IMG/VR virus record: IMGVR_UViG_3300046499_000512
Reading direction: 5' to 3' (one strand)
Source: an uncultured virus (IMG/VR IMGVR_UViG_3300046499_000512)
Taxonomy: Duplodnaviria > Heunggongvirae > Uroviricota > Caudoviricetes
Length of the DNA stretch: 64,000 nt
In this document: piece by piece, positions 38,209-47,465 of the stretch
Position numbering within the stretch: the first letter of the stretch is position 1
Layout: each line of letters starts with the position of its first letter
Translations under genes and position numbers: made by a program
Notes under the pieces: generated by a model
Seen by the model: only the letters and a program-made list of their open reading frames with translations
Databases searched by the model: none
What the model was told of the DNA's origin: nothing

Positions 38209-38913
38209 ATGACGATTAAGGAACTCCCCCTCCACGCCAACGGCCACAAGGTCACCGGCGGCCAGCCCGAAATCGTGAAGACCATCGAGAGCAGCGTCGG
38301 TATCCCCTTCTCGGTCACCCACCTGTTCACCTGTGCAGGCTGCGGCGAGTACTTCAGCCCGCGCCTGGCCGACGATGGCGCCTACATCGACAGTCCGTGC
38401 GCGGTCACCAACGGCATTACGACCGTGACCCGTCTGAACGTCCCTTCCGGAAAGCTGATCGTCTCCACCGACCTGCGACCCGTCTACGACGGCTACAACC
38501 ACGAGAAGTTCGCCGACTACACCAGCACCCTCGGCGTCTCCCAGGTCGTCCAGGAATCCGCCGAACAGGGCTGCGCGTTCGGCTTCGTCGGGGACGCCTG
38601 GCCGGACCTGTTCCAGACCGGCGAGAACAGCTACGTCCTGGCCAACTGCGGCTGGGATGAGGAGCTGGACGGCCCCCGGGCGCCGGAGGGCTGGACCAAG
38701 CTCGCGGACATCGGCGGCACCGTCTGGTCCTACTCCCTCGCCGACTACGAGGACTGGAAGGCTCGCGGCGGCAAGGACAGCGACCTGGAGGAGTTCACGG
38801 TCGTGGAGATTCCGGCCGGGGTCTACGAGTTCACCTACCACGGCGGCGAGACCGGTTTCGACCGTCACGCCGCCGGGACCGTCCTGTTCACTCACATCGA
38901 GAAGGTGGCCTGA
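38209..38913 (+). CDS. Hypothetical protein, leaderless
   Basis: ATG at the motif +1; VPSGKL...DLR..IP.G.Y. Confidence 0.75.
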   Translation: MTIKELPLHANGHKVTGGQPEIVKTIESSVGIPFSVTHLFTCAGCGEYFSPRLADDGAYIDSPCAVTNGITTVTRLNVPSGKLIVSTDLRPVYDGYNHEKFADYTSTLGVSQVVQESAEQGCAFGFVGDAWPDLFQTGENSYVLANCGWDEELDGPRAPEGWTKLADIGGTVWSYSLADYEDWKARGGKDSDLEEFTVVEIPAGVYEFTYHGGETGFDRHAAGTVLFTHIEKVA

Positions 38914-38915
38914 TC

Positions 38916-39164
38916 ATGAAAAAGCTGACTGACTACATGGAGTTCCGGGAGGTGGACGCCTCCCGGGGCGACTACGAGGACGCGCACGAGGAGGTCTATT
39001 TCCTCGGCGTGCACGTCCAGACGATCCGGAACACGGGGACCCGGCCCGGCGGGCACGTCTACTGCGAGCGGGAGCAGGCCGTGAAGCGCGCTGAGAAGGC
39101 GCTGAAGCACCTGTGGAACCTGGTCGGGGAAGCCACGCCGGAGACGGCGGACCGGGCATGGTAG
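38916..39164 (+). CDS. Hypothetical protein
   Basis: Operon context. Confidence 0.55.
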   Translation: MKKLTDYMEFREVDASRGDYEDAHEEVYFLGVHVQTIRNTGTRPGGHVYCEREQAVKRAEKALKHLWNLVGEATPETADRAW

Positions 39165-39457
39165 AGGGCATCCTGGAGGCTCTGCGGAACATCGCAGAGC
39201 TGGACGAGAAGATCGATGAACTCCAGGACAAGCGGGACGATTTCACGTACCCCCTGGAGCAGGCGGCCATGGCGTATCACCGGGGGAACCCGAAGAGCAC
39301 CTTCCCGTCCCGGCTGTCGTGCGCACGCTGCTACTTCGTCTTCGGACGACAGGAGGGCGACGTCATCCACTTCGGGACCGACTGCTCCTGGTGCGGCCCG
39401 AACTCCGGCGGCGGTCTGAACGTGCATGTCGAACGGCTGGAACCGTTCATGAAGTAA
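39158..39457 (+). CDS. Hypothetical protein (coiled coil plus two CxxC)
   Basis: ATG at 39158 overlapping the upstream gene end. Confidence 0.55.
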   Translation: MVEGILEALRNIAELDEKIDELQDKRDDFTYPLEQAAMAYHRGNPKSTFPSRLSCARCYFVFGRQEGDVIHFGTDCSWCGPNSGGGLNVHVERLEPFMK

Positions 39458-39542
39458 AACCGGAATCTGCTAGGGTAGATAGCGACCACCTCGGAAGCTA
39501 TCTACCCTAGTCTTGTATCCAGACCGCCCCAGAAAGGCCCCC

Positions 39543-40172
39543 ATGCCCCGCCACGACGGCCGCTACGAAGCCACCCCCGAGGACGTCATTTACGCCCTCC
39601 GCCACCGCGACCCCGACCACTTCGGACACAACGACACCCCCCACACCGACTTTTTCATCGCCTCCTGGATCGCGGACGACAAGCACCTCCAAGGACACCC
39701 GCTCGGACGCGTCCTCCAGCGGAACAAACTGGTAACCCTCCTGGCAGAAATGGCCCGGGACGGCCGGATCGTCGGAAAGACCAACGCCGAATGGGCCGAC
39801 CTCGGCCGCACTCCCCCGTCCCGCAGCCGTGAGCCCCTTTACACCTCCCTGGAAAGGGCCGAAGCCTGGGGAATCCGCACAGGCCCTCGTGTAGAGCGCT
39901 GGACCCTCACCGTTGAATTCGATGACCAGGAAACCCAGAGCACCGCCGACCCGGAACTGACCTTCCCCCGCGACGAATGCAGCCAGGTCATCGCGTTCAT
40001 CGGCGAACACTGGGGCCTGATGCCGGAAGACATCCAGGAAATGGCCACCTGGACCCCCGAGCGCCTTGTCATCCAGTTCGAACAGTTGGACTTCGCCACC
40101 ACCGTAGTCAACTGGCTCGGATTGGAAACCATCCCCAAGTCCATCACCATCACCCGGAACGAAACCCGCTAA
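39543..40172 (+). CDS. Hypothetical protein
   Basis: AAAGG plus ATG at 39543, downstream of the inverted motif pair. Confidence 0.6.
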   Translation: MPRHDGRYEATPEDVIYALRHRDPDHFGHNDTPHTDFFIASWIADDKHLQGHPLGRVLQRNKLVTLLAEMARDGRIVGKTNAEWADLGRTPPSRSREPLYTSLERAEAWGIRTGPRVERWTLTVEFDDQETQSTADPELTFPRDECSQVIAFIGEHWGLMPEDIQEMATWTPERLVIQFEQLDFATTVVNWLGLETIPKSITITRNETR

Positions 40173-40181
40173 GGAGCCCCC

Positions 40182-40568
40182 ATGGGCAACCTCACCACCG
40201 TCACCGGCGAAATCCACATCACCCCGCCCCTGACCTGGAAGGAGATCAGGGCCAAGGACTACATCGACGGCTACTACGAAGGCACTTGGGGAGCCGTCAT
40301 CCTCTGCGTCTCCTCGGAGGAGACCGAGACCGACGAAGGAACCGTGATCAAGCGGGAAGGGGTCGCCATCCTCCCCGCCGTAGATGACCAGCCGTACAAG
40401 GCCTACAACCTGGAAGCCCGGGTGCAGGCCATCATCCAGCACTTCCCCGGCCACGACTTCAACGGCTACCTGGAATGCCTCGGAGAAGAGGGCGAGCTGT
40501 GGCGGGTATACGCAAAGGGCCGGAAGACCCGGAAGGTGAAGCCGGAGATCGTGTGGCCGGAAGACTGA
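40182..40568 (+). CDS. Conserved actinophage hypothetical protein
   Basis: MG..T.V.GEI.ITPPL.W, KAY, F.GY.EC.GEEG.LWR..P.IVWP; AAGGAG RBS. Confidence 0.7.
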   Translation: MGNLTTVTGEIHITPPLTWKEIRAKDYIDGYYEGTWGAVILCVSSEETETDEGTVIKREGVAILPAVDDQPYKAYNLEARVQAIIQHFPGHDFNGYLECLGEEGELWRVYAKGRKTRKVKPEIVWPED

Positions 40569-40698
40569 ACGGGAGGTAAAGCCTTCCAAGGGGGTTGACC
40601 TACGGGTCGGCCCCCTTTTTCGTAGGGAATAGTAATACTGCAATCGCCCGTACCGTGAAATACTAGGGCTGTCCACTTCTGCGCAGAAAGGACTCACA

Positions 40699-41604
40699 AT
40701 GACCGGAACCATCTGGATCCCCGAAGCCGAGCGATTAGGCGATGGCTCTATCGGTGGGGCAATGGACACGCCCGACCGGAAGCCCCGCGTCACCTGGCAC
40801 ACCACGGAGAGCGGAGACGGCAACGCCGCCTTCGACGCCGTCGCCCGGTACCTGATCGCCGAGACGTACGAGCCGCACATCCTCTACGACCCCCGGACCG
40901 ACCGGCTCGGACAGTTCGGGCCGCTGAACCAGTCCGCCCGCGCGCTCCAGAACTGGGGCGACGTCCGGACCAACCGGACCGGCCTGGTCAACATCCAGAT
41001 CGAAGTCCTCGCGCACGCCGCGACCGCGTTCACCGGGTACTGGAAGCCGGGCCCCAACTTCCGGGCGCTCATGAAGGCCATCCGCTCCTGGGGCGTCCCG
41101 GACGTCTTCCCGCTGCCGCTGGCCACCAGCGCCTCCTTCTGCGTCCGTACGGCCTCCGTGTGGCTGGCCGAAGCGGGCCACTACGGGCACTGCAACACGC
41201 CGGGCAACTCCCACTGGGACCCGGGGCACCTCGACACCGTGAAGCTGTTCGCGGCGGCCCCGGTCGCCGTACCGAAGCCGCCCGCTCCGAAGCCGACCCC
41301 GGCGCCGAAGCCGGTTGTCTACCTGTCCCGCATCGTCGCGGCCCGCAAGGCGGATCTCCCCGCCGCGACCGGGCACAAGACGCACCCGGCGGACGTGAAG
41401 ATCGTGGAGGCGGCGCTGCACGCGGAGGGCCTGCTCGACTCGAAGTACGTCGACGGTTCGTGGGGATCCATGACGGACGCCGCGTACCACAACTTCCGGA
41501 TCAAGATGAAGTACACCGGGGCTGCGGCCGACGGTGACCCGGGCATGGAGTCGCTGTCGATGCTGGCCAAGCGGCACGGCTTCACGGTGAAGGCCAAGCC
41601 GTAG
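40699..41604 (+). CDS. Endolysin: amidase-like domain, Pro-rich linker and peptidoglycan-binding domain
   Basis: WHTTE, IQIEV, GH...PGN.HWDPG; PKPPAPKPTPAPKP; V..AL...G...DG.WG..T..AY..ADG.PG..SL..L. Confidence 0.85.
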   Translation: MTGTIWIPEAERLGDGSIGGAMDTPDRKPRVTWHTTESGDGNAAFDAVARYLIAETYEPHILYDPRTDRLGQFGPLNQSARALQNWGDVRTNRTGLVNIQIEVLAHAATAFTGYWKPGPNFRALMKAIRSWGVPDVFPLPLATSASFCVRTASVWLAEAGHYGHCNTPGNSHWDPGHLDTVKLFAAAPVAVPKPPAPKPTPAPKPVVYLSRIVAARKADLPAATGHKTHPADVKIVEAALHAEGLLDSKYVDGSWGSMTDAAYHNFRIKMKYTGAAADGDPGMESLSMLAKRHGFTVKAKP

Positions 41605-41735
41605 CGGTGTAGGCGGGATGAGGCCGGTCGGGAGAGATCCTGACCGGCTTTTTCTTGAGGGCTTGCGTATCTACCCTAGTAGTGTGCTAAGGTAGATACA
41701 TCAAGCACGGAACACCACCCAAGGAGATCCCCGAC

Positions 41736-42692
41736 ATGCCTGCAAAGCGCTTCACCAAGAGGTCCCCCGCCGCCGCCCGAAAGCTCGCCAACGAGCTGGA
41801 CGCCCAGCTCACCGCCGCGATCACCGAGCTGGTCACCTCCGACGCCTGGCCCAAGCTCCTGGCCACCCTCGCGGCCAAGGACAAGACGGACATCAGCCGC
41901 TACAGCTTCCAGAACATGCTGCTCCTTCTCACGCAGTGCCCGGAAGCCTCCGCCGTCTGCTCCTTCAAGGCCTGGATCGAGCGCGGCAGGTCCCCGCGCA
42001 AGGGCACCACGTCCCTGCGCATCAACGCCCCCGTGGTGTTCAAGGACACCGACAGCCGGGGCAACGTCCGTACGACGACCGACGGCAAGGAGAAGGAGCG
42101 CGTCGGCTTCCGTCTCATCCCCGTCTTCGACGTCTCGCAGACCGACCCGCTCTGGCAGGACCCGTGCAAGGCGCCGATGTTCATCACCCCGGCCGTCGGC
42201 AAGCCGAAGATCGCCAAGCAGCTCCAGGGCGACGCCCCGGCGGAGATGCGCGAGGACGTCACGGCGCGCATCGAAGCCCTCGGCTACACCGTCCAGTACG
42301 GAGCCACGGGCACCGCGATGGGCGCGACGATCCCCTCGAAGAAGACCGTCATGATCAACGAAACAGTCTCTCCGGCGCAGGCCGCAAAGACCCTGGCGCA
42401 CGAGCTGGGGCACATCCTCGCGAATCACGTCGCGGACCTGGACGCGTACAAGGAGCACCAGGGGAAGGCGGAGACGGTCGCTGAGTCCTTCGCCTACATG
42501 GTGAGCCAGTACTACGGGCTGGAGACGGCCCAGTACAGCGCGCCGTACATCGCGACGTGGGCGGGCAAGGACCCCGAGGAGGTCTCCAAGGTTCTCCAGG
42601 CGGTCGGCAAGCAGGCGCTGGACATGTTCCGGGCGTTCGTGGCCGATGTGGAGTCGCCGGAGCTGGAGATGGCGGTCCTGCTCACGGCGTAG
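41736..42692 (+). CDS. ArdC-like ssDNA-binding (DUF1738) plus zincin metalloprotease protein
   Basis: RYSFQN.LL, F.AW...GR..RKG, VFDVSQT; LAHELGH; E..AES.AY.V..YG; YI..W. Confidence 0.85.
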   Translation: MPAKRFTKRSPAAARKLANELDAQLTAAITELVTSDAWPKLLATLAAKDKTDISRYSFQNMLLLLTQCPEASAVCSFKAWIERGRSPRKGTTSLRINAPVVFKDTDSRGNVRTTTDGKEKERVGFRLIPVFDVSQTDPLWQDPCKAPMFITPAVGKPKIAKQLQGDAPAEMREDVTARIEALGYTVQYGATGTAMGATIPSKKTVMINETVSPAQAAKTLAHELGHILANHVADLDAYKEHQGKAETVAESFAYMVSQYYGLETAQYSAPYIATWAGKDPEEVSKVLQAVGKQALDMFRAFVADVESPELEMAVLLTA

Positions 42693-42775
42693 GGACTGGC
42701 AGGCGAAAGGGCGGGGAGTCTTCGGGCTTCCCGCCCTTTTGTGATAGGGTAGATATACCTAGTGAAGGAGATCGC

Positions 42776-43993
42776 ATGTCCACCCACCCCACCCCCCAGA
42801 CCATCGCCGGGGTCCGGCACGAGATGGTCGACTGGTTTCGCACCTACGCCCCCCGGATCTGGCCCCTTCAGCACCTGGGCGGGTCGAAATTCGTTGCCCC
42901 TCCGAGCCTCCCTCCGATCCGCGCGAAGGTGGCGGGCTACGAGTTCGTCCCCGAAGCCGGATCCGCCTTCCACATCCCCGACGCGTCCACCGAGCGGCAG
43001 TTCGTCCGACTCGCGGAGTACTACGCGGAGACCTTCGAGCGGGCCAAGACGTACTACATCGGCCCCGACCTGAGTCACCTGGCGCTGCGTACCGAGATGG
43101 ACCACTACCGGCTCACGCTGGACATGCTCCCCTCCCCCACTGGGTTCCTTATCTGGGCGCTGCCCGTCGGTGCCGCTGAGCACTTCATCCCCCGGCACTC
43201 CTGGGTGGACATGCGGGGCAACGTCACCGAGATCACGGACCCCGACGAGATCCCCGACGAGACCCCCCTGAGCCCGTTCGGGGACGTCGACTCCCCCGTC
43301 ATCGGGTGCTCTTGGCGCTACGATCCCGACGACCACTCGGTCTGGGTCGTCTTCTTCACCCGAAATGACGGCATCCTGGACAAGCTCTCCCAGGGCATGA
43401 GCGCGGAGGACGTCGCACAGGCCCGGGTGATGGGTGGGCCGATCTCCTTCGAGCGGGAGCAGGGCCTTCCACTGGATGTGACGCTCAAGTGGTTCGAGTC
43501 CGAGGAAGAGGACCGGATCATGCCCACCGCGTTCTCCGACCCCGCCAAACTGCCGCCCCACCTGCGGACCACGGCGATGGAGGCGAATGCGGCGGTACTG
43601 CCGTCCCTGACGCAGATGACGCGGGCGCTGGTGGCCACGTTCATGCTGATGAAGTGGAAGATCGCCACCCGGGAGGAGGTCGCCCCGCCGCCGTACATGG
43701 CCCGGGAGATCGCCAAGAGGACCGGACAGACGAAGGGCGAAGTGAAGGCCGCGAACAAGACGGTCTTCGTGCGGCTGGGCCAGCCCTTGAAGCACCGGAA
43801 GCCCACCGAGCGCAGCGGGGCCCGGCGCTGGACACGACGCGCGATCGTCGGCCCGTACATCCGTACCCGGCAGTACATCCCGGCGCACGACACGTTCGAC
43901 TACACGCCGCGCTTGATCGAGCCGTACGTGGCCGGACCGGAGGGAGCGCCGTTCTCGGACGCGGCGGCCAACAAGGTGTTTCTGCTGGACTGA
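42776..43993 (+). CDS. Conserved actinophage protein, distant AcrVA2/FinQ-like paralog 3
   Basis: YYIGPDL..L..DMLPSP.GF..W; V.VRL; R.IVG...R..Q..IEPYVAGPEGAPF; AAGGAG plus ATG at 42776; motif at 42741. Confidence 0.55.
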   Translation: MSTHPTPQTIAGVRHEMVDWFRTYAPRIWPLQHLGGSKFVAPPSLPPIRAKVAGYEFVPEAGSAFHIPDASTERQFVRLAEYYAETFERAKTYYIGPDLSHLALRTEMDHYRLTLDMLPSPTGFLIWALPVGAAEHFIPRHSWVDMRGNVTEITDPDEIPDETPLSPFGDVDSPVIGCSWRYDPDDHSVWVVFFTRNDGILDKLSQGMSAEDVAQARVMGGPISFEREQGLPLDVTLKWFESEEEDRIMPTAFSDPAKLPPHLRTTAMEANAAVLPSLTQMTRALVATFMLMKWKIATREEVAPPPYMAREIAKRTGQTKGEVKAANKTVFVRLGQPLKHRKPTERSGARRWTRRAIVGPYIRTRQYIPAHDTFDYTPRLIEPYVAGPEGAPFSDAAANKVFLLD

Positions 43994-44069
43994 TGGGAAC
44001 ACGGGGGCGGACAGCGTGCGACTGTCCGCCCTTTCTGCTAGGGTAGATACACCCAACCAAGGAGGACGG

Positions 44070-44264
44070 ATGAGCCTGCACGACAAGATGCGTTGCAAGG
44101 GCTGCAACCACCCGAGGTACACGCACAACGGCAGCCACAAGAAGGGCCGCCGGACGATGTGTCAGCAGCAGGTGGGCGAGAGTCACCTGGACAAGTGCAC
44201 GTGCCAGGAGTTCCAGGAGCCGGAGATGGCCAACACCGGGTTACTCCAGGGCAAGCAGGCGTAG
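44070..44264 (+). CDS. Small Cys/His Zn-binding protein
   Basis: C.GC.H...H..C..C.C..F; AAGGAGG RBS; motif at 44036. Confidence 0.65.
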   Translation: MSLHDKMRCKGCNHPRYTHNGSHKKGRRTMCQQQVGESHLDKCTCQEFQEPEMANTGLLQGKQA

Positions 44265-44344
44265 CGGGCAAAGGGCGGAGGGCTTCCACAGCCTCCGCCC
44301 TTTGTGCTAGGGTAGATACATCACCTTCCGACGTTAGGAACCCC

Positions 44345-44662
44345 ATGAGCCTGGACACGCTCGACATCTCCGGCCTGGACAAGGCCACCCTGCTCGCCGC
44401 CCTCTGGAACAACGCCACCGCCCCGCCTGCCTGGTTCAAGCACTCCGGCCCCACGCCGTCCTTCCTGAGCAAGACCGAAGCCGCCCAGATCCTGGCCACG
44501 ATGGGCTACGACTTCGACTACCTGAAGGGCCGGATCCTCAAGCTGAACCTGTCCGCCGACGAATTCCACTTCTGGTTGTACGACCGGGACAACGGCTCCG
44601 GCATGGCCAAGCGCGTCGTGGACAACCTGCGAGCAGGGGGCCGGGAGACCGACCGCGTCTGA
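44345..44662 (+). CDS. Conserved phage hypothetical protein
   Basis: DISGLDKA.LLAAL.N..FDYL.GR..K..L..YDRDNG.G.A; motif at 44303. Confidence 0.75.
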   Translation: MSLDTLDISGLDKATLLAALWNNATAPPAWFKHSGPTPSFLSKTEAAQILATMGYDFDYLKGRILKLNLSADEFHFWLYDRDNGSGMAKRVVDNLRAGGRETDRV

Positions 44663-44743
44663 GACGGGCAGAAAAAGGGCGGAAAGTCTTCGGACTCTCC
44701 GCCCTTTGTGCTAGGGTAGATATATCAACTTACGGAGGACGCG

Positions 44744-45247
44744 ATGAAGCGCAACAAGCCCCTGGTCAAGACGCGCCGCGCGGGAACCCAGTGGGACCGA
44801 CGCCGCCGCTACTGGTCCGACCCGCGCCAGGCGGAGACCTGGACCGTGATCGTCCCCCAAGCTCTCGTAGGGGCGCACGCGCGCATCCTGAACCTGTCCG
44901 GCGCGGTCACCGACGGGGCGGAGAACGTCGTGGGGGACCCCACGGTGGGCCCGAACCTGTACCGGTGGCGCCTGGACATCTTCGGCCACGCAACGCCCGT
45001 CTACGCGGCCTGGGGCCCCTGGTACACCTGGACGGGGCACGCGGGCCGCTTCGACGCGGTCCCCCGGACCGGGGACGTCTGGTACGCGTTCACCTCCGAC
45101 GGCAAGTGCGAGCGCACCAACTGCCCGCGCACGCACTACATCTACGAGGGCGTCGACGGCCGAATCGCGCGGCACGTCCCGGGCCGGTGCCCCCTGGCGC
45201 TACCTCTCGATGCAGGCTGGCAATACGCGGGTCGTATAACGCTCTGA
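44744..45247 (+). CDS. Hypothetical protein
   Basis: GGAGG RBS; motif at 44707. Confidence 0.65.
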   Translation: MKRNKPLVKTRRAGTQWDRRRRYWSDPRQAETWTVIVPQALVGAHARILNLSGAVTDGAENVVGDPTVGPNLYRWRLDIFGHATPVYAAWGPWYTWTGHAGRFDAVPRTGDVWYAFTSDGKCERTNCPRTHYIYEGVDGRIARHVPGRCPLALPLDAGWQYAGRITL

Positions 45248-45640
45248 ACTCCTGACTTCTCCCGACGCCCCGTCTCCGGACGGGGCGTTTGTCGTTGATG
45301 CAGGTTGTATCTACCCCCCTAGCACGCTAGGGTAGATACACACCGAGCTAGGAGTACCCTGATGCCCAGGAAATCGTCCCCCCGAAACAAGCCGGTTGTC
45401 GTCTACCCGGCCCTCTCCCCCGCAGCCCGCAACGCCGTGGGCCGGGCCATCGACGCCATTACCGCAGCACCGCAGACCCCGAAGGACAGAACGTGATTCG
45501 AGGAACCCTCCGCGTCATCGGCTACACCCTGGTAGCCGCCCTAGCCGCCGTCTTCCTCATCGCCTGCGCAGGCGGCGGCTTCATCCTCGGCCTCGGCCTC
45601 GCCGTCCTCAACAACGGCTGACCCGGAAAGGAGCCCTCCA

Positions 45641-45928
45641 GTGGTTGACGAAACCCCCGCCGACCGGATGCCCCTCCGTGAACTCCTGCTGCACCTCCTG
45701 GAGTACACCGACAGCGAAGTGGTCACCGAACTGTGGCCCGATACCGACATCACGCTGGACGACATCGCCGGGCGCATCCTCGCCCGGAACGCCCGCGAAC
45801 TGGCGGACCGGCAGATCAAGTACGCACGGGAGATGAACGACCCCCACGGCCCCTACCGGACCCCCGTCCGCATGGCCGCCCTGCTCACGAACGTGATCCT
45901 TACGGAGGCACCCGATGGCCTGGACTAA
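45641..45928 (+). CDS. Hypothetical protein
   Basis: AAGGAG RBS. Confidence 0.6.
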   Translation: MVDETPADRMPLRELLLHLLEYTDSEVVTELWPDTDITLDDIAGRILARNARELADRQIKYAREMNDPHGPYRTPVRMAALLTNVILTEAPDGLD

Positions 45929-46424
45929 CCCCGACGACGTCCCCACTCACATCACCAAGCGCGCCTATGCGCTGCCGGACGCCCAGGTCAGCCAGAACGA
46001 CTACGCGGCCGTTACCGCCGACGTCTACGGCGCCGTCCGTGACGACGTTTTCCGGGAGACCGTCGAGCGGGCCCGGGAGATTCTCCCGGAGAGCTACTAC
46101 AACACAGACCGGGAGACGGCGGCGATCACGGCCGCCGCCGACCTGCTGGGCCTGCCCCGCGACTACGTCATGGACATCGTGGACGTCTTCGCCCGGGAGG
46201 CCGGACGGCTCGCCCGGGAGCGCCGCACGGGACGGGAGGAGCGCGTTCTGACCCGGGAGAACACGTATGAACTCGCCGCGTGGATCGGCGGCCGGGTCGC
46301 GGGCGGGGCGAACGAACTCGTGGCCTGGGGGACGCGGGACAACACCATCTACGCGTCCCCCGGGGACACGATCGTCAAGCACCCCGAGGGGCCGACGTTC
46401 ATCAAGCAGGGAGGGCGGGCGTGA
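45915..46424 (+). CDS. Hypothetical protein
   Basis: GGAGG RBS; operon context. Confidence 0.6.
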   Translation: MAWTNPDDVPTHITKRAYALPDAQVSQNDYAAVTADVYGAVRDDVFRETVERAREILPESYYNTDRETAAITAAADLLGLPRDYVMDIVDVFAREAGRLARERRTGREERVLTRENTYELAAWIGGRVAGGANELVAWGTRDNTIYASPGDTIVKHPEGPTFIKQGGRA

Positions 46425-46569
46425 AGCGCAAGCACCCGGACGACGACCCGTCCATCCCCGACTGGGACGAGCGCGAAGGCTGGCGGGAACTGTGGGCACT
46501 GGACGCGCACCTGAGGGAGCGTCCGGAGTCCACGTCACGGAGCATGCGGAACACGGAGGGCTGGGACTG

Positions 46570-46926
46570 ATGGACGAGATCCGCGCACCGTGGACGCCCC
46601 GGCAGGTGTTAGCACTGAACCGCTTCCAGCAGGACGGGAGGTACCACCCGTTCACCTGCGGCAACCCGCACCCCGTGGCGCAGGTTCTGTGGGCCCTCGC
46701 GGACGGCTGGTACTGCCCGGACATCCGCTGCGGGTACCGGCAGAACTGGGCTCACGCGTTCATGGCCGAGCTGGACGAGCCGGTGCAGCCCCTCACCGAG
46801 GGCGTGCTGGCCGCTCGGATTGCGGGGGAGCTGCTCCGGACCCCCACCGACGGGACGGTGCAGGCCCTCGCGGCGGTGGCGGCCCGGGTGGTCCGGGAGG
46901 CGGGTCTCCTGGGGCCCGGGGAGTGA
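46570..46926 (+). CDS. Hypothetical protein with Cys/His motif
   Basis: APWT..QV..LN..Q....HPFTC..L.A..DGW.C..C.Y.Q.WAH. Confidence 0.65.
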   Translation: MDEIRAPWTPRQVLALNRFQQDGRYHPFTCGNPHPVAQVLWALADGWYCPDIRCGYRQNWAHAFMAELDEPVQPLTEGVLAARIAGELLRTPTDGTVQALAAVAARVVREAGLLGPGE

Positions 46927-47035
46927 GTTCCGGCGTTGGGGGTACCCGCACAAAGGTTTCGTGATGTGCTAGTAGTCACACCTTCTGAGTGCTAGTGTAG
47001 ATACATCACTGGACACCGATACCAGGAGACCTCCC

Positions 47036-47374
47036 ATGCGTGCACTCGCCCACTCCGAAGCCGCCGTTCGTGAACTCCTCGAAGCCAAGGTCAGGCAGGG
47101 CCAGATGACCGAGCGCGACGCCGTACGCCTCTTCAACTGGGGCTTCCGGACCGCCATCACCGTCATCGGCAACCTCCGCACCCGCAAGGCCGACGACGAC
47201 CAGATCAACGCCTTCATCCAGCGCAAGATCCGCGACGCCAAGACCACCATGCGTACGGCACGTACGTTGCAGGCCCAGAACATGGGCGCCCGTGAATTCC
47301 TCCTCGCCCAGATGTACGCCGCCGTCTGGCGCGGCATGCAAGAGGACGTCGCCGCCTACCAGACGGCCCGCTGA
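47036..47374 (+). CDS. Hypothetical protein
   Basis: AGGAG RBS; variant motif at 46989. Confidence 0.7.
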   Translation: MRALAHSEAAVRELLEAKVRQGQMTERDAVRLFNWGFRTAITVIGNLRTRKADDDQINAFIQRKIRDAKTTMRTARTLQAQNMGAREFLLAQMYAAVWRGMQEDVAAYQTAR

Positions 47375-47465
47375 CCAGCCCGAACCCCCGAAAACCGGAA
47401 ACCCGTCACACACCGTGGCGGGTTTCCGTTTATGTAGACCCGACCATTCCGACAGAAGGACGCGC

